Assembly: GCA_045653705.1 (NCBI GenBank)
Contig: JAZOMG010000038.1
Location: forward strand, 44,994-108,993
Origin: Eubacteriales bacterium
GTDB taxonomy: Bacteria; Bacillota; Clostridia; Oscillospirales; CAG-272
Length of the DNA: 64,000 nt
Direction of reading: 5' to 3'
Shown here piece by piece: positions 26,811 through 35,403 of the stretch. The notes under the pieces were generated by a model. The model saw nothing but the letters and a program-made list of their open reading frames with translations. It had not been told where the DNA came from and searched no databases. Made by a program: the position numbers and the translations under genes. Numbering within the stretch: the first letter of the stretch is position 1; each line of letters begins with the position of its first letter.

Positions 26811-28472
26811 ATGATAACATTGGACGGAAAAGGCGTATACGGCGGGATCGCCATAGGCAGGCTTTCCTTTTTTCACCGCTCATCCGAAAAAATAAGCAAC
26901 AAAAACGCCGCCGACCCCGCTACCGAGCTTATACGCTTTCAGGATGCCCTTGAGGTTGCCAAGCAAGAGCTAAAGAGGCTTTACGATAAGGCGCTCAAGG
27001 AAATAGACGAGGAGAGCGCCGCTATATTTGAGATACACGGAATGATGCTTGACGACGAGGACTATAATGAAAAGATCAAGCAGACCATTTCCGCAGAAAG
27101 GGCATCAGCCGAATATGCCGTACAAAACGCGGGGCTTGCCTTTGCCGCGGAGTTTGAGGCTATGGATGACGCATATATGCAGGCGAGAGGCGCGGATATA
27201 AGGGATATTTCCAACCGCCTCATAGCCATACTGTCGGGAAAGGAGACCGAGGAGATATCCCCCGAAACAGGCAATATAATCTGCGCCGACGACCTGACCC
27301 CCAGCGAAACTATACAGCTTGACCGAGAGAAGATATCCGCCTTTGTTACAGCAGGGGGCTCGGTAAGCTCCCATACGGCAATTCTCTCCCGAAGCCTCGG
27401 TATCCCCGCTGTCATCGGTGTTGGAGAGGACCTTTTAACACTTACCGACGGAGCAGAGGCTATCGTGGACGGATTTTCGGGTAAGGTATATATCTCTCCC
27501 GATGAGGAAACTCAAAAAATAATGACCGACAGGCTTACAAAGGAAAAGGAGCGCCGCAGGCTTCTGGAAGCCTATCGGGGACTTGATAACGTGACCCTTG
27601 ACGGCAGACGGATAGAAATATACGCAAATATTCAGGGGCTTCGGGAGCTTTCGGCGGTCATTTCCAACGACGCGGGGGGAATAGGACTTTTCAGAAGCGA
27701 ATTTCTCTATCTTGACAGAAAAGGTTTTCCAAGCGAGGACGAGCAATTTGAGGTATACAAGACCGTCCTTGAAAAAATGGATGGCAAAAAAGTCATAATA
27801 AGGACACTTGACATAGGCGCTGACAAGCAGGTAGATTATTTCGGACTTGAAAAAGAGGATAATCCCGCCCTCGGACTGCGAGCTATACGCATATGCTTGA
27901 AGCGCCCCGAAATATTCCGCCCTCAGCTCCGCGCTCTTTTCCGCGCGTCGGTCTATGGTACTCTCGCCATTATGTGCCCTATGATAAGCTCAGAGGAAGA
28001 GCTGCTGCGGGTCTTAGACATAATAAACGACGTAAAAAACGAGTTAAAGAAAGAGGGTATTCCCTACTCCGAGGACACAGAGCTTGGCATTATGATAGAA
28101 ACTCCCGCGGCGGCAATAATAAGCGACAGGCTCGCTCCCCACGTGGATTTTTTCAGTATAGGCACAAACGACTTAACACAGTATACGCTTGCCCTTGACA
28201 GGCAAAACCGTGGACTTGACGAATTTTTCTTGCCCCACCATGAGGCGGTTATGCGGCTTATAAGCTATACAGCCGATAACGCTCACAAAAACGGAAAATG
28301 GGTAGGCATCTGCGGAGAATTGGGAGCTGACCCACGGCTTACCGAAAAATTCCTCGAAATGGGTATAGACGAGCTTTCGGTGTCTCCGTCCTACGTTCTG
28401 CCTCTGAGAGATATTATACGAAATACCGACCTGAGAAAAAAGAAAGGAAACGAAAAAAATGAACGAATTTGA
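26811..28472 (+). CDS. ptsI: phosphoenolpyruvate-protein phosphotransferase (PTS Enzyme I)
   Basis: 553 aa. GGSVSSHTAILSRSLGIPAV (active-site His region) and the C-terminal PEP-utilising blocks GICGE and FSIGTNDLTQY. Confidence 0.95.
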   Translation: MITLDGKGVYGGIAIGRLSFFHRSSEKISNKNAADPATELIRFQDALEVAKQELKRLYDKALKEIDEESAAIFEIHGMMLDDEDYNEKIKQTISAERASAEYAVQNAGLAFAAEFEAMDDAYMQARGADIRDISNRLIAILSGKETEEISPETGNIICADDLTPSETIQLDREKISAFVTAGGSVSSHTAILSRSLGIPAVIGVGEDLLTLTDGAEAIVDGFSGKVYISPDEETQKIMTDRLTKEKERRRLLEAYRGLDNVTLDGRRIEIYANIQGLRELSAVISNDAGGIGLFRSEFLYLDRKGFPSEDEQFEVYKTVLEKMDGKKVIIRTLDIGADKQVDYFGLEKEDNPALGLRAIRICLKRPEIFRPQLRALFRASVYGTLAIMCPMISSEEELLRVLDIINDVKNELKKEGIPYSEDTELGIMIETPAAAIISDRLAPHVDFFSIGTNDLTQYTLALDRQNRGLDEFFLPHHEAVMRLISYTADNAHKNGKWVGICGELGADPRLTEKFLEMGIDELSVSPSYVLPLRDIIRNTDLRKKKGNEKNERI

Positions 28473-28707
28473 ATATACGATAACAGACGAAAACGGCGTT
28501 CACGCCCGTCCCGCGGGTCTTATCGTCCGCAAGGCGCAGGAATACGACTTTGACGTTACTGTGGAGTGCAAGGGCAAGAGCGGAAGCCTCAAAAAGCTTT
28601 TAGCCCTTATGGGAATGGGCATAAAAAAGGGAGATACCGTTAGGGTAAGCGCCCCCGTGGGAAAGGATATCTCTGCTCTTAAGCGCTTCTTTGAGGAAAA
28701 TCTTTAG
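28459..28707 (+). CDS. ptsH: phosphocarrier protein HPr (His15 present, Ser46 position is Lys)
   Basis: 82 aa. GVHARPAG at residues 13-20. Overlaps ptsI by 14 nt. Confidence 0.85.
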   Translation: MNEFEYTITDENGVHARPAGLIVRKAQEYDFDVTVECKGKSGSLKKLLALMGMGIKKGDTVRVSAPVGKDISALKRFFEENL

Positions 28708-28715
28708 CTCTTTTT

Positions 28716-28747
28716 CCGCCCCGCCTCGTGGGGGCGGAAAATTTTTT
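28716..28747 (+). terminator. intrinsic terminator after ptsH
   Basis: CCGCCCC-gcctcgt-GGGGCGG followed by AAAATTTTTT. Confidence 0.8.
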
Positions 28748-28767
28748 GATTATTTTTAAAAAAGGTA

Positions 28768-28796
28768 TTGATTTTTATTTGCGATTGTGATATAAT
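28768..28796 (+). promoter_or_regulatory. near-consensus sigma-A promoter for tRNA-Ser
   Basis: TTGATT, 17-nt spacer, TGA-TATAAT, about 15 nt upstream of the tRNA 5' end. Confidence 0.7.
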
Positions 28797-28810
28797 ACTT
28801 TAGTCGGCAT

Positions 28811-28902
28811 GGAGAGATGGCTGAGCTGGTCTAAGGCGCACGACTGGAAATCGTGTGTAGGCTAATACCCTACCGAGAGTTCGAATCTCTCTCTCTCCGC
28901 CA
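28811..28902 (+). tRNA. tRNA-Ser (anticodon GGA), CCA encoded
   Basis: Acceptor GGAGAGA/TCTCTCC. Anticodon stem CACGA/TCGTG with loop CTGGAAA. Long variable arm. T-arm GAGAG-TTCGAAT-CTCTC. Discriminator G followed by CCA. Confidence 0.9.
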
Positions 28903-28910
28903 TAAAAAAT

Positions 28911-28942
28911 AAGCAGTATGCAAAGCATACTGCTTATTTTTT
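28911..28942 (+). terminator. intrinsic terminator after tRNA-Ser
   Basis: AAGCAGTATGC-aaa-GCATACTGCTT followed by ATTTTTT. Confidence 0.8.
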
Positions 28943-29045
28943 ATAACGAGACTTTGTGATGACGAACTCCATAAATTTGCGTAGCAAATTTGTTAGACCG
29001 CGCGCCATTGACAACTCAAGCTTCTTATTTCGTTTGCGCGCGGTT

Positions 29046-29067
29046 GAGTTCGAATCTCTCTCCGCCA
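29046..29067 (+). other. partial duplicate of the tRNA-Ser 3' end (T-arm + acceptor + CCA), att-like scar
   Basis: GAGTTCGAATCTCTCTCCGCCA compared with the tRNA's GAGTTCGAATCTCTCTCTCTCCGCCA. The following AAAAAAAGCAGTA also echoes the tRNA's 3' flank AAAAAATAAGCAGTA. Confidence 0.65.
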
Positions 29068-29116
29068 AAAAAAGCAGTACGTTGGGGTACCTGCGATAAA
29101 GCAGATTTATGAGCCA

Positions 29117-29160
29117 AACAAAAACACCTCCGAGAGTGACCATTTGGTTACTCTCGGAGG
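29117..29160 (-). terminator. intrinsic terminator of the XRE gene pair
   Basis: CCTCCGAGAGT...ACTCTCGGAGG stem. A T-rich run follows on the minus strand. Confidence 0.65.
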
Positions 29161-29167
29161 TATAATA

Positions 29168-29995
29168 TTATTCCTTAAAAAACGGCGTATTTCTGATATG
29201 GGATTGCAAACAATAAGCACCCTTATACCCAATCTGTCTTGCCATGATAAACAACGCAATAATTTTGTGGCTCGGTCTTGAATAATACAGCGTACGCTCC
29301 TCGCCGTTAATTGTAAGCTCCTGTTTCCATATTAGCTTTAGCGTCAACAGATCATCCATTACCGTGTTGATCTGATCTTTTGCAATCTCGCAATCTCTTT
29401 CAAGAACTGCGCTCTCAAAAACGTAATTCTCGTTTTTATGATACAAATAGATCAAAGCTGTCATTGTGCTGGTATGAGAAAGTGTCGCAAAGATTTTTTG
29501 GAGATCGTCCTTGTCATTCAGAAAATGACCGTATCCCTCTTCCGGTTGTGGAAACACGGAGAAGAAAGGCTCTTTTCCATTAGAAACGATTGTAAATCCG
29601 TTATCGTCAAGAATGTAGGATGCGTTTTTCTGATTTTTGATTTCATTAGGATCGTACTTCTTTTCTATCTCCATACGGCAGTTAAACAAACCGCGCTCGA
29701 TCTGCCAACCGATATCACGCGCAACGTTAAAACGCTCATTTGCTTCTGTTGCATGAATCAATTTCACAATTTTGGACGAAATATCTGCCATCGTAACCGA
29801 TTCATTCCCGAAAAGCTCATCAAGCGAAACCTCAAGCTCGTTAGCAAGAGGAATAAGAAGCGCACCATCGGGATAGGTTTCGCTCGTTTCCCACTTGGAT
29901 ACTGCTTGTGCAGATACGCCAAGCTTTGTGGCAAGCTGCTCTTGTGTCATGTCTTTTTCAAGACGTAATCTTTTGATATTAGCCGATAAACTCAT
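29168..29995 (-). CDS. XRE-family HTH regulator with C-terminal winged-helix-like domain
   Basis: IKRLRLEKDMTQEQLATKLGVSAQAVSKWETSETYPD is a classic Cro/C1 HTH. The C-terminal part of about 210 aa is unassigned. Confidence 0.8.
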   Translation of the reverse strand: MSLSANIKRLRLEKDMTQEQLATKLGVSAQAVSKWETSETYPDGALLIPLANELEVSLDELFGNESVTMADISSKIVKLIHATEANERFNVARDIGWQIERGLFNCRMEIEKKYDPNEIKNQKNASYILDDNGFTIVSNGKEPFFSVFPQPEEGYGHFLNDKDDLQKIFATLSHTSTMTALIYLYHKNENYVFESAVLERDCEIAKDQINTVMDDLLTLKLIWKQELTINGEERTLYYSRPSHKIIALFIMARQIGYKGAYCLQSHIRNTPFFKE

Positions 29996-29996
29996 A

Positions 29997-30860
29997 TTAC
30001 TTACCTCCGATCATTTTGCATCTTCCGTTGAAGTTATATTCGTAGGACTCTCTGCCGCACATTCTTTCAAATGCCAAGGAAATCAAGGACAGAACAAGAC
30101 CGTCACCGTGGCACTCATACACTCTTACCTCGCCTTCGGTAAGGTGTGCTGTGACCCAATGGCATGCGCCAACTGAGCAGAATTCGTCGAGGATCTCTGT
30201 AACACGTTCTTGCTTAAGTCCCGTCTTGTCCGCAACATAGTCTGCCGTGAAACTTTCGGAGCAGTTAGTGGAATGAACAAAGTAAAGCACGGAAAGCGCA
30301 TCTTCATTAGAAAGGAACTTGAAGATCTTAACAATTTCTTTTTGCTTATTGTCATCATTCATCCATGCAAAGTTAGCTTTGTTTCGCAGCATCATTACCG
30401 CTAAGTTCACATTTTCAGAGCTTGCGGTAAACTCAAAGAACTCATGGAGTGAAATTGCGGAACGGTATCCTTGTGATGTACCTGTCGGAAAAACGTTTTC
30501 TTTATCATAAGCATCATCATAATATTTAGAAACCGTTCCATACATTGTAGGAATAAGAGATCTTATTGTTTCAAACGCTTTGAGTACCGAGTCGCGGCGG
30601 TCAAGTCCTTCAAACAAAGAGCGAATTTCCTCTTTTGTACTTTGCTTTTTGTCCTCGGAAAGTCCGAGAAGCGTATCGGTGGTGACGCCATAATAATTTG
30701 CAAGTTCTACAACCATAGGAAGATCTGGCATTGAGGCACCATTTTCCCATTTTGAAATAGTTTTATTTCATATGGATAGACTTTTAGCCACATCCTCCTG
30801 CGTTACTCCCTTTGAAGTGCGGAGCTCCACTAATTTTTCTGCAATCTTACATTCGTACAT
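29997..30860 (-). pseudogene. XRE-family HTH regulator paralogue interrupted by an in-frame TGA (30768-30770)
   Basis: My translation upstream of the track ORF reads MYECKIAEKLVELRTSKGVTQEDVAKSLSI*NKTISKWENGASMPDLPMVVELANYYGVTTDTLLG. This is an intact HTH apart from one opal codon. An RBS and a consensus promoter are still present. Confidence 0.7.
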
Positions 30861-30906
30861 TTTTTTCACCTCTCGAAAAAATTCAAGTTCCGGAGCTTGT
30901 GACTAT

Positions 30907-30935
30907 ATTATACACGAAACTAACAGTAGAGTCAA
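30907..30935 (-). promoter_or_regulatory. consensus sigma-A promoter of the XRE pair
   Basis: On the minus strand: TTGACT, 17-nt spacer, TATAAT, about 45 nt upstream of the ATG at 30860. Confidence 0.6.
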
Positions 30936-31073
30936 CAGAGTGATATTTTATTATTTCTCCGCTTCGGAGAATAGAACATGCATCAATCAATCAAACGTAG
31001 AAAGTAGCTTTTGTGTCTACAAAAACAGTGCTTGCGAGGAAATGTAGATAGAGTTTCGCGGCGTACAAACCAA

Positions 31074-31198
31074 AGGCTCCCTTGTGTAAAGGGAGCTGAC
31101 GCCGAAGGCGGCTGAGGGATTGTTTTATGACAAAATTTGGCTTTTACAATCCCTCCGTCACGGCAAGCCGTGCCACCTCTCTTTACACAAGGGAGGCT
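31074..31198. repeat. about 125-bp nested palindromic element (arms GGCTCCCTTGTGTAAAGGGAG..., inner GAGGGATTG/CAATCCCTC)
   Basis: Imperfect inverted arms, each holding its own hairpin. Same layout as 26552-26681 and 58722-58847. Confidence 0.7.
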
Positions 31199-31266
31199 TA
31201 TTACCGCCCGACAGTACACCTTAAGGTGTAACACACTATACCTTGCTGGGCAAGGCGTGTGAAAAA

Positions 31267-31297
31267 GGACAGAGAATTTCACGTTCTCTGTCCTTTT
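31267..31297. terminator. bidirectional intrinsic terminator (GGACAGAGAA-tttcacg-TTCTCTGTCC)
   Basis: 10-bp stem with an A-run before it and a T-run after. Downstream of the hemolysin-III gene on the minus strand. Confidence 0.7.
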
Positions 31298-31301
31298 TGC
31301 T

Positions 31302-31349
31302 GTAGGGGCGAACTGCGTTCGCCCGCGGGCGTTCACAGAACACCCCTAC
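31302..31349. repeat. GTAGGGGCGAAC...CCCCTAC palindromic unit
   Basis: Outer GTAGGGG/CCCCTAC stem encloses GGGCGAAC-tgc-GTTCGCCC. The related unit TGTAGGGGCGTTCTTCGAACGCCC lies at about 663-690. Confidence 0.6.
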
Positions 31350-31457
31350 GAAATTTATTTCTCGGAAGGCAAAACCTGCTTTATGGAAGGTACCCCTTTT
31401 ACGTACTGCTTTTTTACTTTTTCACTTTTCACTCTTCTCTCCCGCCTCCGCTCTTTC

Positions 31458-32162
31458 TCACATAACATAAAATATAACTGCTACCGAGTGACAAAGGCTT
31501 CCGAGAACCACGAATATATGAAATACCGAGTGGAAATATCTTACCTTTTTAGCAAAGAAAAACACGCCGAGCGTATAAAGCAAGCCCCCGAAAAGCACCC
31601 ACATAAATCCATCGTGCCCGAGGCTCAGATAGGTCTGCTTCATTGAAAATACCACTGCCCAACCCATTCCAACGTAGCATATCATACTGAACGTATTGTA
31701 TTTTTTCAGGTCAATAGCCGTAAGAACGGTGGCAACGATAGCAAGCCCCCAAACAAGGGCAAACGTAAACCACGCCGCCAAAGGATAGCTTTTAGCCACC
31801 GAGCAAACAAGTATTGGCGTATATGTTCCCGCTATAAGCCAGTATATAGAGCAATGGTCCATTATCTGAAAGACCTTTTTCGCCGTTCCGCGCCGCAGCC
31901 CGTGATATATGCTTGACATAGTGTAAAGAAATATCATAGAAACACCGAACATAATTCCGCAGAGCACTCCCGCCGTCGATCCCTCAAACGCGGGAATAAG
32001 AATACAAAAAACAAGGGTAGCCACACCAAGAGCGCCGCCTACGATGTGGGTCACCATATTGAAAATTTCTTCACCCTTAGTGTAATTAGGCAATATTCTG
32101 TCTCTTAAGCATATTCTCTTAGTTGCCATATGTTTCCCATCTCCTTGTAATGTAGTATTCAA
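31458..32162 (-). CDS. hemolysin III / PAQR family membrane protein
   Basis: TTG start, 7 TM segments. SSIYHGL, DHCSIYWLIAGTYTP and FHIFV motifs. Confidence 0.85.
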   Translation of the reverse strand: MNTTLQGDGKHMATKRICLRDRILPNYTKGEEIFNMVTHIVGGALGVATLVFCILIPAFEGSTAGVLCGIMFGVSMIFLYTMSSIYHGLRRGTAKKVFQIMDHCSIYWLIAGTYTPILVCSVAKSYPLAAWFTFALVWGLAIVATVLTAIDLKKYNTFSMICYVGMGWAVVFSMKQTYLSLGHDGFMWVLFGGLLYTLGVFFFAKKVRYFHSVFHIFVVLGSLCHSVAVIFYVM

Positions 32163-32273
32163 TACTATATTGTATAGTTATTATAACATATTTATGTGGT
32201 TTTGACAATAGTTTTTTAAAAAATTTCTAATATTTCATGAAAAAAAGTAGGAACAGAAAATAACTGCGGCATA

Positions 32274-32301
32274 TTGACAAAATTATTTTATGTGATATAA
32301 T
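32274..32301 (+). promoter_or_regulatory. sigma-A-type promoter
   Basis: TTGACA, 16-nt spacer, TGA-TATAAT. Confidence 0.55.
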
Positions 32302-32337
32302 TTAGTTGCAACACTAATATTATATGAGAGGTGTATT

Positions 32338-33681
32338 ATGTACGAGACAGTTAAGGTAGATCTTAACCGACAGATAGGCAAAATAAAGCCTATGCACGCC
32401 GTAAACAACGGACCTGTTTATAAATTTGCCGCTGACCAGAGAATAACCAACATAGATTACTTCCGCGAGGCGGGTATTCCCTACGCCCGAACTCACGATG
32501 CGTCCATATCGTACAGCTACGGCGGCGATCATACCGTTGATATAACCGCTGTTTTTCCAAACTTCGATGCCGACCCCTACGACCCCACATCCTATGATTT
32601 TACGCTGACCGATGAATATATGCAGGTCATAAAGTATGCGGGCGTAGAGCCTTTTTACCGTCTCGGTCAGAAGATAGAGCACTGGAAGAAAAAATACGGA
32701 ATTCTCCCCCCTGCCGATTTTAAAAAGTGGGCTGTTATCTGCGAGCATATCATAAAACACCTGAACTACGGCTGGGCAGACGGCTATGAAATGAACATAA
32801 AGTATTGGGAGATATGGAACGAAGCCGACCTTGACCCTGACGATTCCGAGAATAAGCGTACGTGGGGCGGCACTAAGGCAGAATTTTTTGAATTATACCA
32901 TATAACCGCTACCCACTTAAAGGAGAAATTTCCCGAGCTTAAAATTGGCGGTCCTGCCCTTTCGGGAAATATGGTATGGGCAGAGGAATTTCTCGCTCAG
33001 CTCAAAGCCCCCCTTGATTTCTTCTCCTGGCACCGCTATAAGGCTGACCCCAAGCTGATGGCGGACAGAATGTACGAAACTCGCGCCCTGCTGGACAAAT
33101 ACGGATTTACAGAAGCTGAGAGCATACTTAACGAATGGAATTACGTTACGGGCTGGTTTGACGACGAATGGATATACAGTCTGAAATCCGAAAAGAATAT
33201 GAAGGGTGCGGCATTTACCGCGGCGGTAATGTGCGAGGGTCAGAAAGCCCCTCTCGATATGCTTATGTACTACGATGCCCGTCCCTGCGCAATGAACGGA
33301 CTTTTTAACACCGATATAATAAGCGAGCCTCTTAAGGGCTATTATCCTTTCAAAGCGTTTGGAGAGCTTTACAGGCTCGGAACAGAGATCTACTCCGAGG
33401 GCAAGGGAGATATGCGGATATGCGCCGCCGAGAACGGTGACAGCGCCGCCGTTATGGTTACTCGCTTTACGGTAGATACCAAAACCCCTGTGGACAGCAA
33501 AAAGGTAAAAATAGAGATAAATGGCGGCAAGGGCGTTCTTGCGGAATTTTATCTCCTTGACGAGGATCACGACCTTGAGCTTGTGCGCGAGGAGATATTC
33601 GGCGGTGAGACCTTCAGAACCGTTCTCGATTTCGCCCCCGACAGCCTTTATCTTATAAAGCTTAAGAAAGTAGAATTATAA
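32338..33681 (+). CDS. clan GH-A glycoside hydrolase (GH39-like)
   Basis: 447 aa. An (alpha/beta)8-type catalytic NE in YWEIWNEADL and a second acid near ILNEWNY. Family number is not certain. Confidence 0.5.
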   Translation: MYETVKVDLNRQIGKIKPMHAVNNGPVYKFAADQRITNIDYFREAGIPYARTHDASISYSYGGDHTVDITAVFPNFDADPYDPTSYDFTLTDEYMQVIKYAGVEPFYRLGQKIEHWKKKYGILPPADFKKWAVICEHIIKHLNYGWADGYEMNIKYWEIWNEADLDPDDSENKRTWGGTKAEFFELYHITATHLKEKFPELKIGGPALSGNMVWAEEFLAQLKAPLDFFSWHRYKADPKLMADRMYETRALLDKYGFTEAESILNEWNYVTGWFDDEWIYSLKSEKNMKGAAFTAAVMCEGQKAPLDMLMYYDARPCAMNGLFNTDIISEPLKGYYPFKAFGELYRLGTEIYSEGKGDMRICAAENGDSAAVMVTRFTVDTKTPVDSKKVKIEINGGKGVLAEFYLLDEDHDLELVREEIFGGETFRTVLDFAPDSLYLIKLKKVEL

Positions 33682-33703
33682 AAGACCCTCAGTCGCCTAC
33701 GAC

Positions 33704-33737
33704 AACAGCTCCCTTTATGCAAGGGAGCTGTTCTTTT
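33704..33737 (+). terminator. intrinsic terminator
   Basis: AACAGCTCCCTT-tatgc-AAGGGAGCTGTT followed by CTTTT. Confidence 0.75.
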
Positions 33738-33875
33738 AAGAAAACAAATTCCCGTCCTACGTATATTAAATCATTTTCTAAAAACTTTCTTTCCTCTCTA
33801 AAATAATCCCAAAAGCTATTGCATATTTGTTCCAAAAATTATATAATAATAGTGACTATTATTTTGGAGTTACTT

Positions 33876-35333
33876 ATGAACGACAATCTTTTGAAAAATT
33901 ACATAAACGGACGTTCCTGCGAGATACTCGGACTGGGCGTTTCTAATCTTCCCTTAGCCGAGGCTCTTGCGGATATGGGCGTAAGGCTTACCGTCAGAGA
34001 CAAAAAATCCCCCGCCGAGCTTGGCGAGCGCGCGCTGTCTCTTGAAGCTAGGGGCGTTGAATTTATTTGGGGAGAGAACGCATTTGAGGAATGTAACGCT
34101 GACGTCATATTCCGCTCCCCCGGTATCCGCCCGGACCGTGGCGGGCTTCAAAGGGCGAAAGACAGAGGCGCGGAACTTACCTCTGAAATGGAGCTGTTTT
34201 TGTCTCTTACAAAAGCCGAGACCTTTGCCGTTACGGGAAGTGACGGCAAAACAACCACCACCACCCTTTGCGGAGAATTTCTTCTTGCCGAAGCGAAGCG
34301 GCAAAGGATCGGAAAGGTTTTCGTAGGCGGAAACATCGGTGAGCCCCTGCTCTACAAGGCAGATAAAATAAGCGCCGATGACCGAGCGGTTATGGAGCTG
34401 TCAAGCTTTCAGCTGATGACAGTAAAAAAAGCCCCTATGTATGCGGCTATCACAAACATATCGCCCAATCATCTGGATTGGCACACGGGAATGGACGAAT
34501 ACAGACAGGCTAAGCTGAACATAGTCGGAGATAACACCAAGCGACTTGTAACAAACGCCTGCTGTACCGACACTCTCGCTATTGCCAAGGAGCTTTCGGG
34601 AAGATCACAGCGCCCCGACATCTTCCTGTTTTCCTCTGACGCCGAGAGCTTCGAGGGAGTATTTGACTTTACCGCTTCTCCCCGCGACCGCGCCCTTTTC
34701 GTAAAGGACGGTTATATAGTAATTTCCAACGGCAAGACCGAGGAGCGCTTGCTGGATATCTCAAAAATAAACGTACCCGGCAAGCATAACGTAGAAAACT
34801 TTATGACCGCCATAGCCCTAACCTACGGCTCGGTCGATATATCGGTATACACACAGGTTGCCGAGAGCTTTTTCGGTGTCAGACACCGTTTGGAGCTTGT
34901 AAGGGCCCTTGACGGAGTTGATTTTTACAACAGCTCCATAGATTCCTCACCCTCACGCACCGCCGCCGCCCTGTCGGCTCTTTCGGGCAGAGATATAGTT
35001 ATCATATGCGGCGGATACGACAAGAATATTCCCTATGAGCCCTTGGCTGACGCGCTCTGTAGGCACGTAAGAGCCGTTGTTCTCACAGGGGCTACGGGCA
35101 AGAAGATAGAAGCCGCACTGCTTGGCTGTGAGGATTACAAAAAGGGCGCTCCCGAATACGCATACACCCCCGATTTTGAAGAAGCCGTAAGGCTTGCACG
35201 CTCTATGTCAAGGCGGAGCGGCTGTGTGCTTCTTTCTCCCGCCTCGGCAAGCTTTGACGCTTTTCCAAACTTCGCCGTAAGGGGTGATTGCTTCAGAGAT
35301 ATTGTAAATTCCTTTAAGGAAACCGAAAATTAA
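33876..35333 (+). CDS. murD: UDP-N-acetylmuramoylalanine--D-glutamate ligase
   Basis: GLGVSN..LA, VTGSDGKTTTT and DSSPSRT motifs. The start is moved to the ATG at 33876 (GGAG upstream). Confidence 0.9.
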   Translation: MNDNLLKNYINGRSCEILGLGVSNLPLAEALADMGVRLTVRDKKSPAELGERALSLEARGVEFIWGENAFEECNADVIFRSPGIRPDRGGLQRAKDRGAELTSEMELFLSLTKAETFAVTGSDGKTTTTTLCGEFLLAEAKRQRIGKVFVGGNIGEPLLYKADKISADDRAVMELSSFQLMTVKKAPMYAAITNISPNHLDWHTGMDEYRQAKLNIVGDNTKRLVTNACCTDTLAIAKELSGRSQRPDIFLFSSDAESFEGVFDFTASPRDRALFVKDGYIVISNGKTEERLLDISKINVPGKHNVENFMTAIALTYGSVDISVYTQVAESFFGVRHRLELVRALDGVDFYNSSIDSSPSRTAAALSALSGRDIVIICGGYDKNIPYEPLADALCRHVRAVVLTGATGKKIEAALLGCEDYKKGAPEYAYTPDFEEAVRLARSMSRRSGCVLLSPASASFDAFPNFAVRGDCFRDIVNSFKETEN

Positions 35334-35403
35334 CATTTTCTCGGTAGAATATATTAAAAATAACTGTTATACTTATAGGAAGATAACAGAAAGGATAACT
35401 GAA

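Noticed and set aside
28934-29143. A 69-aa minus-strand ORF between tRNA-Ser and the XRE genes.
   Set aside because: It spans a terminator hairpin and the duplicated tRNA 3' fragment. There is no RBS, and the composition is that of non-coding DNA.
28903-31050. Search for an integrase, excisionase or phage genes beside tRNA-Ser to call an intact mobile element.
   Set aside because: Only two XRE-type regulator genes are present. No recombinase-like ORF occurs on either strand, so only a remnant or scar is claimed.
30983-31336. A 117-aa ORF, with similar ORFs at 58650-58874, 58061-58762 and 37406-37777, lying over the intergenic palindromes.
   Set aside because: They run through nested inverted repeats and terminator hairpins, lack an RBS, and give Arg/Cys/Pro-rich products. 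They are artefacts of the G/C-rich palindromic elements.
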